Assembly (NCBI RefSeq): GCF_001194135.2
Contig: NC_068989.1
Coordinates: forward strand, 78,864,278 to 78,928,277
Direction of reading: 5' to 3'
Source: Octopus bimaculoides
Taxonomy: Eukaryota
Length of the DNA: 64,000 nucleotides
Below the pieces are notes generated by a model, which had not been told where the DNA came from, did not search any database, and was given only the letters and a program-made list of their open reading frames with translations. Shown piece by piece: positions 1 through 12,849 of this stretch (positions are counted from its first letter, which is position 1; each line of letters opens with the position of its first letter). A program made the translations under genes and the position numbers.

Positions 1-215
1 ATATATATACATATATATATGTATGTGCGTGTATATGTTTGTGTGTCTGTGTTTGTCCCCCCCAACATCGCTTGACAACCGATTGTGGTGTTTTTACGTC
101 CCCGTCACTTAGCGGTTCGGCAAAAGAGACCAATAGAATAAGTACTAGGCTTACAACGAATAAGTCCTGGGGTCGATTTGCTTGATTGAAACAAGTGAAA
201 GAAAAAGAATACTGA
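1..215 (+). mobile_element. tRNA-derived SINE family A (internal microsatellite type), 3' half
   Basis: TA/TG tract then GTGTCTGTGTTTGTCCCCCC..CATCGCTTGACAACC..GAATAAGTCCTGGGGTCGATTTG..AAACAAGT, matching the 3' half of the full copies at 19168-19575 and 51286-51775. Confidence 0.9.
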
Positions 216-221
216 TAATAA

Positions 222-1050
222 TATTTCTTTCTACTGGAAGCACAAGGCCTCAAATTTTGGGAGAGGGGGCTAGTACACAACTGCCACTTAATTTAGCAAC
301 CCTGAAAAGATGAAAGGCAAAGTCAACCTTGGCGGAATTTGAACTCAGAACGTAGCAACGGGTGAAATACCGCTAAGCATTTCGTCCAGCGTGCTACCGA
401 TTCAGCCAGCTTGACGCCTTAACTTTTACATAATAAGAATATCAATTTCAAATTTTGGCACTAGGCCAGCAAGTTTGAGGAAGGAGATGGGCCAATAGCA
501 GTGACCCCGAAAGGATGTAAAGTTGACCTCAGAGGAATTTGAACTCAAAGTGTAAAGACGGACAAAATACCATTAAGTATTTTGCCCAACGAATAACAAT
601 AATATTATTAGTGTTACTAATTTCAGCATTAGGCGAGCAATTTCACAGGAAGAGGAGCAAACCCATTATTCGACTACTATTCTATTTCATTGTCACCAAA
701 AAGATGAACGGCAAAGTTCATCTCGGCAGGACATTAACCCAAAATGTAAAAAGCAGGAAGAAATACAGCAAAATATTTTCCTGCCAAGAACGGAAAGAAC
801 CTGAAAGAGTCAATAGTGTTAGCGAAAATTCTTTCTAAATTTAGCACCAAGCCAGCAGTTTTGAGGAGAGGGGGAAGTCGATGACATTGACCCCGGTACT
901 CAATTGGTGCCTATTTTATTGATCCCATGGGTGAAAAGCGAATGTGACCTCCTCAGCAGGATTTGAACTCAGTATGTAAAATACTCTAAGATATGCTACT
1001 AAGTATTTTCGCCAATGCACTAATAGTTCTGCCAGCTTACCACTTGACTA
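222..1050 (-). mobile_element. Stack of about four degenerate SINE family B copies
   Basis: Repeated GGCACAAGGCC..AAATTTTGG, GATGAAAGGCAAAGT..ACC, GAATTTGAACTCAGAA blocks: the reverse complement of the family B body seen intact at 45295-45529. Confidence 0.8.
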
Positions 1051-1057
1051 CTACTAC

Positions 1058-1127
<70 letters not shown>
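1058..1127. repeat. (AAT)n microsatellite
   Basis: Perfect AAT run abutting a SINE head. Confidence 0.95.
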
Positions 1128-1128
<1 letters not shown>

Positions 1129-1139
1129 TAAAAAATAAA

Positions 1140-1310
1140 TGCGCCCTTTTAAAGCCTAGTCAGGTTCATGGGCCTGGTTTCCTGGTTTCAATGGTGTATG
1201 TGTTCCCCCAGCTGGACTGGATGCCAGTCCATCGCAGCGTTACTCATTTTTGCCAGCTGAGTCGAGTGGAGCAATGTGAAAATGAAGTGTTTTGCTCAAG
1301 AACACAACAC
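1140..1310 (-). mobile_element. CORE-type SINE fragment with a distinct tail, cut by an assembly gap
   Basis: GAGTGGAGCAATGTGAAAATGAAGTGTTTTGCTCAAGAACACAAC matches the central block of the copies at 28445-28770 and 56068-56367; the tail differs from both. Confidence 0.7.
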
Positions 1311-2128
1311 NNNNNNNNNNNNNNNNNNNNNNNNNNNNNNNNNNNNNNNNNNNNNNNNNNNNNNNNNNNNNNNNNNNNNNNNNNNNNNNNNNNNNNNNNN
1401 NNNNNNNNNNNNNNNNNNNNNNNNNNNNNNNNNNNNNNNNNNNNNNNNNNNNNNNNNNNNNNNNNNNNNNNNNNNNNNNNNNNNNNNNNNNNNNNNNNNN
1501 NNNNNNNNNNNNNNNNNNNNNNNNNNNNNNNNNNNNNNNNNNNNNNNNNNNNNNNNNNNNNNNNNNNNNNNNNNNNNNNNNNNNNNNNNNNNNNNNNNNN
1601 NNNNNNNNNNNNNNNNNNNNNNNNNNNNNNNNNNNNNNNNNNNNNNNNNNNNNNNNNNNNNNNNNNNNNNNNNNNNNNNNNNNNNNNNNNNNNNNNNNNN
1701 NNNNNNNNNNNNNNNNNNNNNNNNNNNNNNNNNNNNNNNNNNNNNNNNNNNNNNNNNNNNNNNNNNNNNNNNNNNNNNNNNNNNNNNNNNNNNNNNNNNN
1801 NNNNNNNNNNNNNNNNNNNNNNNNNNNNNNNNNNNNNNNNNNNNNNNNNNNNNNNNNNNNNNNNNNNNNNNNNNNNNNNNNNNNNNNNNNNNNNNNNNNN
1901 NNNNNNNNNNNNNNNNNNNNNNNNNNNNNNNNNNNNNNNNNNNNNNNNNNNNNNNNNNNNNNNNNNNNNNNNNNNNNNNNNNNNNNNNNNNNNNNNNNNN
2001 NNNNNNNNNNNNNNNNNNNNNNNNNNNNNNNNNNNNNNNNNNNNNNNNNNNNNNNNNNNNNNNNNNNNNNNNNNNNNNNNNNNNNNNNNNNNNNNNNNNN
2101 NNNNNNNNNNNNNNNNNNNNNNNNNNNN

Positions 2129-2425
2129 GCTCCTCTATTACATCGACCTCTGGTGCTTAGCGGTTACTTGTTTTATCAAACCAGTTACACAAGGGTGAAA
2201 GGCCTACCACGGAGTAATTTGAACTCAGAACAACAAAGATGAATGAACTGTTCACCAATAACAACAACAACAACAACAATAATAATAATAATAATCTTTT
2301 CTACTATAGGCACAAGGCCTGAAATTTTGGGGGAGGGGACTAGTCGATTACATCGTTGCCAGTGTTTCACTGGTACTTAATTTATTGGCATGTCGAGTGC
2401 TAACAATTCCACCAGCTCACTGCCT
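2129..2425 (-). mobile_element. Two internally deleted SINE family B copies separated by (AAC)/(AAT)
   Basis: CTATAGGCACAAGGCCTGAAATTTTGGGGGAGGGGACTAGTCGATTACATCG and AATTTGAACTCAGAAC blocks. Confidence 0.75.
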
Positions 2426-2442
2426 TAATAATAATGATGATA

Positions 2443-3006
2443 CCCTGATGCAGTACCAGGCAGTGGCTCTCATGGCTTCTGATCTCAACTAATTGGAAAT
2501 GTTATCATGTACATTGTTTTGTCTTGGTATAAAAGATGGGCTACAGCAAATATTCTGCTCAATACCACAGATTTGCTTGTCAGTTGCTTGACCTTAACCA
2601 GTTGAGCATGTCCCTTGGTGGCTGACGATATGTACATCTCTGATCACGAGCAGAAGTAGTGGGGGGGGGCATCATAGCCATGTGTTGAGAGGAATTCTTT
2701 GAGGTTTGAATAATTCACCTTTCAAAACATGGGTGTTTTGCTCAACATCCTTAAACAACTCTTATTTAAGGACCATTTGAACGGGATGGGCTACTCGACC
2801 CGAAGAAAATTTTAACTGGGCCCCACCTGCGAGGTCATGCACTGTTTATCTTGATATGGGATCAGCATGTTGCACACATATGGTTGTGATGCGTGTGCCT
2901 AGTCTACCCTTATCAGACAGGTAGTCATGATGGGTATACAAGGCTTCGTATATTTTACCCCAGTGTCACTTTGATGGCATACACTGCTCTCTCACTCAAT
3001 AATAAT
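2443..3006 (+). mobile_element. About 560-bp probable non-LTR retroposon 3' region ending in (AAT)n
   Basis: Non-coding, higher-GC block ending CTCTCTCACTCAATAATAAT; resembles an abundant octopus interspersed repeat from my recall. Single copy in this window, so the class is inferred. Confidence 0.45.
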
Positions 3007-3140
3007 CATGATAATAATAATAATTCTTTCTGTTATATGAATAAGGTGACCTCAACAGAATTCGAACTCAGAATGTAAAAGCAGATGAAATGCTATGAAG
3101 CATTATATCCAGCGTGCTAGCAATTTTGCCAGCCTACATA

Positions 3141-3488
3141 CTCTTTTACTCTTTTGCTCTTTTACTTGTTTCAGTCATTTGACTGCGGCCATGCTGGAGC
3201 ACTGCCTTTAGTAGAGTTACAGGGATGTAAACACACCAGTATCAGTTGTCAAGCGATGTTGGGGGGACAAACACAGACACACAAACATATACACAAACAT
3301 ACATATATATATATATATATATACATATATACGAAGGGCTTCTTTCAGTTTCCGTCTACCAAATCCACTCACAAGGCTTTGGTTGGCCCGAGGCTATAGT
3401 AGAAGACACTTGCCCAAGATGCCACACAGTGGGACTGAACCCGGAACCATGTGGTTGGTAAGCAAGCTACTAACCACACAGCCACTCC
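3141..3488 (-). mobile_element. SINE family A, near full length with internal deletion
   Basis: Tail CTCTTTTACT repeats; head (reverse complement) GGAGTGGCTGTGTGGTTAGTAGC with A box and GGTTCAGTCCC B box; internal (TA)n. Confidence 0.92.
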
Positions 3489-3499
3489 TCTATTATTAT

Positions 3500-4095
3500 T
3501 AAGCCGAGGTCGACTTTGCTTCTCATCCTTTCAGGAGTCAATAAATTAAGTACCAGTGAAACACTGGAGTCAATGTAATTGACTAGGCCCCCCCTCTCCC
3601 AAAATTTCAGGCCTTGTGCCTTTAGTAGAAAGGATTATTATTTTCATTAAGGCAGTGACCTGACAGACTCATTAGCATGTTGGGTGAAATACTTAGCAGC
3701 ATTTTGTCTGTCTTTACAATCAGAGTTCAAATTCCACAGAAGTTGACTTTAGTTTTATCTCCTTTCAGGGTCAATAAAATAAGTTCTTGTTGATCACTGG
3801 GGTCAATTAAACCAACTTAGCTCCTTCCCTGAAATCTCTGGCCTTGTGCCAAAATTTGATACCAATTTTTACATCTTAAAGGCAATGAGCTGACAGAATC
3901 GTTAACACGCTGGGCAAGATGCTTAGCAGCATTTCATCTGTCTTTACATTCTGAGTTCAAATTTCACTAAGGTCAACTATGTCTTTCATCCTTTCACGGT
4001 TGATAAAATAAGTACCAGTTGAGCATGAGCGTCAATGTAATCGCCTTACCCCTCCCCTGAAATTGTTGGCCTTGCATCAAAATGTGAAGCCAGTA
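3500..4095 (+). mobile_element. Three stacked, CpG-decayed SINE family B copies
   Basis: Three repeats of TTCATCCTTTCA..GGTCAATAAA..TAAGTACCAG..GGCCTTG..CCAAAAT. Confidence 0.8.
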
Positions 4096-5254
4096 TAAAA
4101 AACATATATCACAAATCCATCATAATGTAATTGCTAACATAATGTAATTGCTAATCTTGTAACCTAACCCAATTAATCCTGTAAATACTAAGTCTCGGAC
4201 AAACTGACATAAATAACAAACTAAAACTTTAATCCAGATACAATTAGATATAAGACCCTTCTAATCCCTTACTGATAAAATTAAATAAAAGGCAACAGAA
4301 ACAATTCAAGCTGGACTTAGACACAAGTCAGATACTGGAAGAACCTTACACAAGAAGGCCTATAATCAAGAATAAGGTCCAAATGATGAAGAATTCAATG
4401 AACCAAAAAGAGGAACATACAAACATTTATTTTTACCCCTGGTCCTAAAGTCTGTTAGTTGCAGATAAATCCCTGTTGAGCACTGGGGTCGATATAATAG
4501 ACTATGACCCTTCTCCCAAAATTGCTGGCCTTGTGCCAAAATTTGAAACCCATATTATATTTAAGGTGGCGATCACTTCAACACCTGACGTGCGGTGCAC
4601 CATGACCCTGTTCAGACAACATCGATTTCAGGGAGGGAGTGAGTTAAGACACAGTACATACGTTTGATCCTTATAAACAAATCATTTGATAGGGATCTTT
4701 AGGGTAAAGATCCTTGTTCAACAGCAAGGAACCGTCTTCCTGAGACCACAAGAGAGATTACCATCATACCGTTTATGCTATCCCTCATTCTTTTCATTCA
4801 GAATTCTTTGATGATACTCTATTGAACCCAGAAGAATGAAAAGTGCATGTGTATGGTTTTCCGAGATAAACAGAAATTTCAACTGTGTTAGATGATATTA
4901 TTTCCTGTCCAAACAGACAGTGCAGTAGGAGAAATGTTTAGTACAAGAAAAAAAAAATCTAATGCACGAAATTCGAGGCTAGCAGGATTTGAACTCAGAA
5001 AAGTAAAGGGTTGTAACTGTGACAAACTAACTATCATTGTGAAGTTAATAATTAAAAAAAAAAAAAATTGCTCATAGCATTTAGCATTGAAGTACTTTTA
5101 GCAAGGCAGATTGGAGTCATCAATTTATGTGAATTATCTCCCTTCCATAATATTACGTTAACGAATTTTTCTAATGTACAAGCCAATATAATATAATGAT
5201 ATTACTGGTACGCATTGTAATCAACAAAGGCACTCGCCTATACGGTCACTGGCC

Positions 5255-5535
5255 TTCTAGAAATAGCAGCTACGTTTTACTTAAACCACAATTATTGAAG
5301 AAGGACGGGCACATTTTTGTATTGAAAGGACATATAAGACGTGGTTCTCAATGTCCAGTGTCTGCTAGAAACAGCAGCTAAATCATTTCAAATTACACCT
5401 TACTGTCTGAAAAACAAAACGAAACATCTTAGATAATGCGGTACTGGGTGTTCTATGCCAACTAGATATAGCAGCCAAATCTGGTAATACTCTACCGTCA
5501 TAAAAACGGGAGGACACACTGCATAATGTTGCCTG
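5255..5535 (+). repeat. Three diverged copies of a short interspersed repeat (CTAGAAATAGCAGC motif)
   Basis: CTAGAAATAGCAGC / CTAGAAACAGCAGC / CTAGATATAGCAGC followed by AAAAA..GGA..GACACAT; the same motif recurs near 19870 and 25770. Confidence 0.6.
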
Positions 5536-5829
5536 ACATGGTCACGATCAGAACACCTTTTGATCTACTGTTGTTTGGCCTTTGATTGGCCTAAGCAAAT
5601 TCAAGGAACAAAGGCATCGACCGTCAGTATTTTATTCAGGTATAATGCATATAGAACTACATTGATCAATGTACCTTTATATTCTGTATATTTTATCGTT
5701 TTTATTTCATTTGGAAAGTCAGCAACAAAAATACGCATGGTGTGACTGAAAGGAAATTTGTGCGAGCGACGATGTAGAAGTTTTCTTGATAGCAAGTGTG
5801 TGCGAGAGTGAGGGGGAGGGGGAGAGAGG

Positions 5830-5830
5830 G

Positions 5831-5894
<64 letters not shown>

Positions 5895-5925
5895 CAGAGA
5901 GACAGAGAGAGAGAGAGACAAAGAG
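5830..5925. repeat. (GA)n/(GAGACA)n microsatellite
   Basis: Direct inspection. Confidence 0.95.
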
Positions 5926-6134
5926 GGGGAGACTGTGAGCATTCTCTCGTAGTCCGAGAAAGATGCTTCTGCAATTTCTTGCCAAACAACTTACTCAAAT
6001 GATTTGTTTATAGTGACCAAATGCACGTGTTGTACGTTAGCTCAATCGTTGCATCAAATCGACGTTGCCTGTCCAGGTTCACGGTGCACCGCACGTCTGG
6101 TGTTGAAGTCATCGCAGACCAAAGTGAGACAAAT

Positions 6135-6235
6135 TGTTTTGCTCGAGAACACAACGCACCACGCGGTCCAGGAACAGAAACCACGATCTGGCGATGATGA
6201 GTTCAACGCGCTAACCACTAAGCTATGCATCATCA
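6135..6235 (-). mobile_element. CORE-type SINE head fragment
   Basis: GCTCGAGAACACAACGCA..GAAACCACGATC..GCTAACCACTAAGCTATGC is the reverse complement of a tRNA-like head; similar heads at 25315-25425, 31165-31250 and 55985-56060. Confidence 0.7.
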
Positions 6236-6764
6236 CAACACATACGTATACACAGACCAAGTACGTGCCGTCAATAAATACTGAGGGTACATAGTAAAAC
6301 ACAGAAGAAAAAAATAAGCGAAACATAGGCGCGCGACTGAGTTGAAGGCAGATTTACTTCTGCCTTTATAACACGTAAAGAAAACGGTGTTGTTGGAATG
6401 TACGCAGCACGTGTATTACAGAAATATTACGCATAGCTTAAATCCTGAGATTGAAAAGCAGATGCGAATTATGCCTAACTAATCTACCAAAAGATAAAAT
6501 ATTTTGCATTTTATGCATAGTAATCAGAGTAACCTTCATAATTTTATTGAATTAGGTACATATTTTGCCATGAAAGGAAAATGTTGCTATCGATCTATTT
6601 TATTCAAGGTAGGCACTGCTTACCTTGTTTGCCTAGACGGCACGTCCCTGATACAGACGCATACGCAACTGAACTACACACAAGAGCTATTTTAAACGTT
6701 TTGTGCCAACACACAATAATACAATAATTTGCGATCACTGTGGTATGAATCATAGAGACAACCT

Positions 6765-6817
<53 letters not shown>

Positions 6818-7349
6818 AACAAACAAAAGCGCATGTCTATACATCTAAAAACATCGCTACGAAGAAAAAAATTAAAATTTTTAAAAAATCAAAACATCGA
6901 CTTCTTTTAATATAAAATCATGGATAGTGACATATTCGTTTCATCAAAGTAGATTAGACGCTGATCACGTGCAATATTATATTTAAAGAAAATAGTAAGA
7001 GAGCGAAGACAGAAGTAATTATGAATGTGAAAGAGGATTAATGAGGAAATAACGATGAAAGTGATAAATTCCATAATTGCGTGATAAAACCGATTAAGGT
7101 CACGACAATTATGTAATAAGGGAGAGCATGCTAACTGGAAAAAATAGGCCACTGCTAGAGTTAATTCCCTTGCACTGTTGGTAACTATAACTATTATAGT
7201 AACTATGTGGATCTCGGTCAGAATTTCCGATTGTCAATTTTCCGTTATTCGATGAAATAAACGACCACGCTCATTGAATTAACGTGTAAGAGGCTGAGTA
7301 TACCATAGACAAATGTACCCTTAATGTAATTCTTTCTAATTCAAGCACT

Positions 7350-7530
7350 ACACTAGCGATCGATTTTGAGGGAAAGGACAGATCGATTTAGACGGGTAAT
7401 TTATGTTTATTGGACTTCGAAAGGATGAAAGAAACGCTAAGTCGACTTCAGCAGGATTCGAACTCGGAATATAAAGAGTAAATACCGCAGATAATTTTTC
7501 CAGCGTTCTAATAGTTCTGCTCTCTCACCG
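7350..7530 (-). mobile_element. Old SINE family B copy
   Basis: CGAAAGGATGAAAG..AAGTCGACTTCAGCAGGATTCGAACTCGGAA. Confidence 0.7.
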
Positions 7531-7779
7531 CTTTTACCCTTAATTTATTCTCACACGCATTCAATATCATGTAGTGTGACAAAGCTTCTAAACAATTTTC
7601 GTTTACCCAAGTTAACTTATAAGATAAGGGTGGTTTGGATACGAGACCCTAGTAGAAAAAGGACATATGTCCTAGATAACATGCAACGGGATCAAACCTG
7701 GGATCTCATGATTCCGAAGTGAGCTTCTAAACAGTTCGGCAATACTTCTACTACATAGTATGTTACTGGTGTTTTAGTA

Positions 7780-8240
7780 TTCGGCTCGTGAGTTCGATAT
7801 CCGGCGGCCCGTTGTGTCCTTGAGCAAGACACTTAATTTCACATTCATTGAGCTGGTATAAATGAGTAATACATGTAATCCAATGGGCCAGCCTTGTCTG
7901 CTGATCAGATTAACAGGAGCCCTCATCGTCGTATCCGACGGAGACCCAGTCACTGGTGTGCTTATCTAACCGTACGATGTTACGTGTTCTTAGAATACTG
8001 CTGTTGTTTTATCTCTTAGTTGCGATGTGGTAGCTTGTTTGCAATAGTAAGTGTGCATAGCTCAGTGGTTATAGCGACGGGCACACAATCATAATGTAAT
8101 GAGTTCGATTCACGGACCGAGCTATGTGTTGTGTTCTTCAGCAAGACTTTATTTCATGTTGCTCCAGTTCACTCAGCTGTAGAAATGAATTGCGACGTTA
8201 CTGGTGCCAAGCTGTATCGGCCCCTTTGCATTTCTCCTGG
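7780..8240 (+). mobile_element. Two CORE-type tRNA SINE copies
   Basis: A box TAGCTCAGTGGTTA and B box GAGTTCGATTC (8056-8111), then GTGTTCTTCAGCAAGACTTTATTTCATGTTGCTCCAGTTCACTCAGCTGTAGAAATG; a related copy at 7780-7960. Confidence 0.8.
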
Positions 8241-8424
8241 TTTGCAAGATTCTTTATGTGAATGCGTGTGTTGAAGCATATTTTATTGTGTCCGGGAGAG
8301 TCGCAAGACGCAACGAAAGTTTTAGTTAGAAAAAATAAATAAGTAAATGATTGGAAATCGAACCGGTAAGTGTGTTAGCAAAGCACTAAAAGAGAATGAC
8401 TCTCCCCAGACACAATAATATAAT

Positions 8425-8481
<57 letters not shown>

Positions 8482-9153
8482 GCATACACATAGATATATA
8501 AACATACTATCTATATATGCATATATATATACATACAAACATGCATACACACATATGTGTGTGTGTACATACATACATATATTTATAGTTTTACACTTGC
8601 ACACATACGCACGCGCGCGCGAACAATCGTGTGACCTGGCAGATAGAAAAACAGATTGCATATATTAGGCATGCGTGACCGAGCACCTAATGAAAATCAT
8701 CGGCGCTCGCTCGCAATCTCTCTCTCTCTCTCTCTCTCTCCCTCTCTCTCTCGTCATCCCTCATCTAACTGCTGATAAGCTATGCGTAAACAAACATGCT
8801 CTCATAATTACCTCATCTAAAGAGATGGATTATATATAGCTAATTAAATCAAAGCTGATGATAAACGCCACTCGAAATTATCTTTTCTTCCATTTTTACT
8901 TCACTACGCAGGCTTAAGAAGCTCGGTTTACAATCGCCTGGCTTTGAGTTCAATCACACAGCGCGGCACCTTCGGTATGTTCTACGATAGATAAGGCCCG
9001 ACCTAATGCCCTGTGACTGAATTTGGTACTCGAAAACTGTGAAGAAGCCCACCGTGTGAGTGTGTGAAGGAGATAGATAGATAAATAGATAGACAGACAG
9101 ACAGACAGATAGACAGATAGACAGGCAGGCAGGCAGACAGACAGACACATACA

Positions 9154-9185
<32 letters not shown>

Positions 9186-9187
9186 AC

Positions 9188-9603
9188 GAGGCGAGTTGGC
9201 AGAAAGGTTAGCACGCCGGGCGAAATGCTTAGCGGTATTTCGTCTGCCGTTACGTTCTGAGTTCAAATTCCGCCGAGGTCGACTTTGCCTTTCATCCTTT
9301 CGGGGTCGATAAATTAAGTACCAGTTACGCACTGGGGTCGATGTAATCGACTTAATCCGTTCGTCTGTTCTTGTTTGTTCCCTGTATGTTTAGCTCCTTG
9401 TGAGCAATAACGAAATAGGTATTTCGTCTGCCGCTACGTTCTGAGTTCAAATTCCGCCGAGGTCAACTTAGCCTTTCATCCTTTCGGGATCCATTAAATA
9501 AGTACCAGTTACGCACTGCAGGTCGATGTAATCGACTTAACCCCTTTGTCTGTCCTTGATTGTCCCCTTTATGTTTAGCCCCTTGTGGGCAATAAAGAAA
9601 TAA
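9188..9603 (+). mobile_element. Young SINE family B plus a head-truncated tandem second copy
   Basis: Intact GGCGAGTTGGCAGAAAGGTTAGCACGCCGGGCG..GAGTTCAAATTCC; the body from GTATTTCGTCTGCCG repeats at about 9419 and ends GGGCAATAAAGAAATA. Confidence 0.92.
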
Positions 9604-9999
9604 GATACAACATATATACATACATACATACATACATACATCATGTGTACCACGTGATATACAGGGCATGCTTCTGTGGTATCCATACATCAAATTATGG
9701 TACACATTCGCCACCTCTTCCTTTTTTTAGTTTTTAATTTAGCAGAGAAAAGCTTTATATCTCTCAAAACGTTCAGGACAAACTTATGAAAATGATTTGG
9801 TCAGTCAAAGGGTTAACTATACACACTTCAAAATAGATGGCAAAGGTTTGCCGTTTCGGGAGGCTGGCGAGCTGTCGTCGAAACGGTTCATAGCTTTGAG
9901 AAGTGTATGAAGATTGGCACAGTCTTCTTCACTTTGCTCTAATAAACATGTGACACTTGCACACATGTCAGTCAACAAAATTTCAACAACAACATTTTT

Positions 10000-10340
10000 T
10001 TTCTAATGGAAGCACAAGGCCTCAAATTTGGTGGGAGGGGATTCAGTCGATTACATCGACGCCAGTGTTCCACTGGTACTTGATTTATCGAACCCGAAAG
10101 GATGAATGGCGAAGTCGACCTCGGCGGAATTTGAACTCATAACGATTCTGCTAGCTGGGGAGCGGAGCCAGTCGATTAGATCGATTCCAGTACGCAATTG
10201 GTACTTAATTTATCGAACCTGAAAGGATCAAAGGCAAAGTCGACCTCAGAGGAAGTTGAACTCAGAAGGTAAAGACAGATGAAATACCGCGAAGCATTTC
10301 GCCCGGCGTGCTAACGTTTCGGCCAAGTCGCCGCTTTCAA
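10000..10340 (-). mobile_element. Two stacked SINE family B copies
   Basis: Two CGAAAGGAT..GCAAAGTCGACCTC..GAACTCA blocks. Confidence 0.85.
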
Positions 10341-10539
10341 ATAAGGTAAAGTACTGCACTATGTAACACATTAAATAAAATATATCAAAAGAAAATACGT
10401 AGTGTACCGTAGATGAGTAAACAAAGAATCGCACATACTGTATGGAAAACGAAACTCGGGAGGCGAGTGTGTGATACTGTTTTGCATTTATAATAAAATA
10501 AATATATACAAATTATAAAAATGATAAAAGAAATATATA

Positions 10540-10628
10540 CAGTACAGTACTGTTTCTACTTCGCGGATTTTCACCTATCGCGGGAGGTTTTGGAACGTAA
10601 CACACGTGATAGTCGAGGGATAAACGTA
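10540..10628 (+). mobile_element. Tigger/pogo-type DNA transposon right end
   Basis: TTCGCGGATTTTCACCTATCGCGGG..GGAACGTAAC..CGTGATAGTCGAGGGA then TA; resembles pogo/Tigger MITE termini. Confidence 0.6.
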
Positions 10629-10659
10629 TATGAAATATACAGAGAGAAGGAAGGATGCG

Positions 10660-10782
10660 GGAAGGTAGGTTGGCTCGTTTGAATCGTTAGAGCATCGGTC
10701 AAAATGCCTTAAGTTATTTCTTACGGCTGTTGTGCGTTCTGAAATCAAATCCAGTTGAGGTCAACTTTGCGTTGGCAGAATT
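10660..10782 (+). mobile_element. SINE family B 5' part, cut by gap
   Basis: GAATCGTTAGAGCATCGGTCAAAATGCC..TCTGAAATCAAATCCAGTTGAGGTCAACTTTGC. Confidence 0.65.
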
Positions 10783-11271
10783 NNNNNNNNNNNNNNNNNN
10801 NNNNNNNNNNNNNNNNNNNNNNNNNNNNNNNNNNNNNNNNNNNNNNNNNNNNNNNNNNNNNNNNNNNNNNNNNNNNNNNNNNNNNNNNNNNNNNNNNNNN
10901 NNNNNNNNNNNNNNNNNNNNNNNNNNNNNNNNNNNNNNNNNNNNNNNNNNNNNNNNNNNNNNNNNNNNNNNNNNNNNNNNNNNNNNNNNNNNNNNNNNNN
11001 NNNNNNNNNNNNNNNNNNNNNNNNNNNNNNNNNNNNNNNNNNNNNNNNNNNNNNNNNNNNNNNNNNNNNNNNNNNNNNNNNNNNNNNNNNNNNNNNNNNN
11101 NNNNNNNNNNNNNNNNNNNNNNNNNNNNNNNNNNNNNNNNNNNNNNNNNNNNNNNNNNNNNNNNNNNNNNNNNNNNNNNNNNNNNNNNNNNNNNNNNNNN
11201 NNNNNNNNNNNNNNNNNNNNNNNNNNNNNNNNNNNNNNNNNNNNNNNNNNNNNNNNNNNNNNNNNNNNNNN

Positions 11272-11463
11272 ATATATATATATATGTGTATATATACACA
11301 TATATACGACGGGCTTCTTTCAGTTTCCGTCTGCCAAATCTACTCACAAGGCTTTGGTCGGCCCGAGGTTATAGTAGAAGACACTTGCCCAAGGTGCCAC
11401 GCAGTGGGAATGAACCCGGAACCATGCGGTTGGTAAGCAAGCTACTTACCACACAGCCACTCC
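11272..11463 (-). mobile_element. SINE family A 5' half
   Basis: Near-consensus head ending CACACAGCCACTCC on the + strand. Confidence 0.9.
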
Positions 11464-12776
11464 ATATATATATATGAAGTCCTGTGCCCACATGTGCATA
11501 TATATATATACGTATAGATGCATGTACATATACGTATGTATATATGCATATATATTTTTTTATTTATATTATATACATAGTGAGAGAGTGGGGGTAACTT
11601 ATAGAAAATGGCATGATGGACATTCTGCATTTAACATCACTACACTTGTCTCGACACATTTTTATACTTGTATTACATTGACGAGATGACATCATGTAGC
11701 CAATAATTGTGGATGAGGTTTGCATTGCGTTCTACAAAATTTCTACCAGAATCTTATATATATATATATCTCATATATTGTTTGTATCACAACAGAACGC
11801 ACGCGTTAACCTTTATACAGTAAGTTTTAACTATTTTTCTAACGCGACTCTCTCTATCTCTATACCTATTTCCCCCTCTACTGTTCTTCGCCTCTACCTG
11901 TCACTACTATCTCTCCCTTTCTCTCTCTCTCTAGCTCGTTACTCGTCCTTCGCATCTCACCGTTACTACTACTATCTCTCTCTCTCTACCTCTCGTTGCT
12001 CACATTTATTCTACTTCCTCCCCTTCTTTTCACTCTGCTACTCTTACTCTCTCTCTTTACACAGCCTTGGTCACGTGTGTCCGGCTGCTATTTCTTTTCG
12101 TTCTTGGACTCCCCAAGCTCGCACGTACTTCTTTGTCCCTCCTGTTCGTGCTTCACATGGTTCAATACATACACACTTCACGTCTGGCTGTACAGCCTTT
12201 TTGCTTGTTTATTCATTCACCGTTTCGTTTTCCTGTCTCGTTTTCTGTCCGCCACTACCCTCCACGAAAATAATTTAATTTGTGTTCGTGGGAAGAACCA
12301 TTTCAACGATGCGTACTGCCTTGATTCTTCGAAACGCCGGTGTTTTAATGGTGGCAGCTGATGAAGGNNNNNNNNNNNNNNNNNNNNNNNNNNNNNNNNN
12401 NNNNNNNNNNNNNNNNNNNNNNNNNNNNNNNNNNNNNNNNNNNNNNNNNNNNNNNNNNNNNNNNNNNNNNNNNNNNNNNNNNNNNNNNNNNNNNNNNNNN
12501 NNNNNNNNNNNNNNNNNNNNNNNNNNNNNNNNNNNNNNNNNNNNNNNNNNNNNNNNNNNNNNNNNNNNNNNNNNNNNNNNNNNNNNNNNNNNNNNNNNNN
12601 NNNNNNNNNNNNNNNNNNNNNNNNNNNNNNNNNNNNNNNNNNNNNNNNNNNNNNNNNNNNNNNNNNNNNNNNNNNNNNNNNNNNNNNNNNNNNNNNNNNN
12701 NNNNNNNNNNNNNNNNNNNNNNNNNNNNNNNNNNNNNNNNNNNNNNNNNNNNNNNNNNNNNNNNNNNNNNNNNNNN

Positions 12777-12849
<73 letters not shown>

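Noticed and set aside
5390-5425. Minus-strand TTTTTCAG-ACA-GTAAGG (3-nt microexon-like)
   Set aside because: Lies inside a copy of the CTAGAAATAGCAGC interspersed repeat.
8054-8115. SINE heads as tRNA genes (also 24372, 28700, 59431)
   Set aside because: They have A and B boxes but no complete cloverleaf, and continue into SINE bodies.
9860-9890. CTGGCGA..GAAAC hammerhead-like spacing
   Set aside because: Core mismatch and neither stem I nor stem II pairs.
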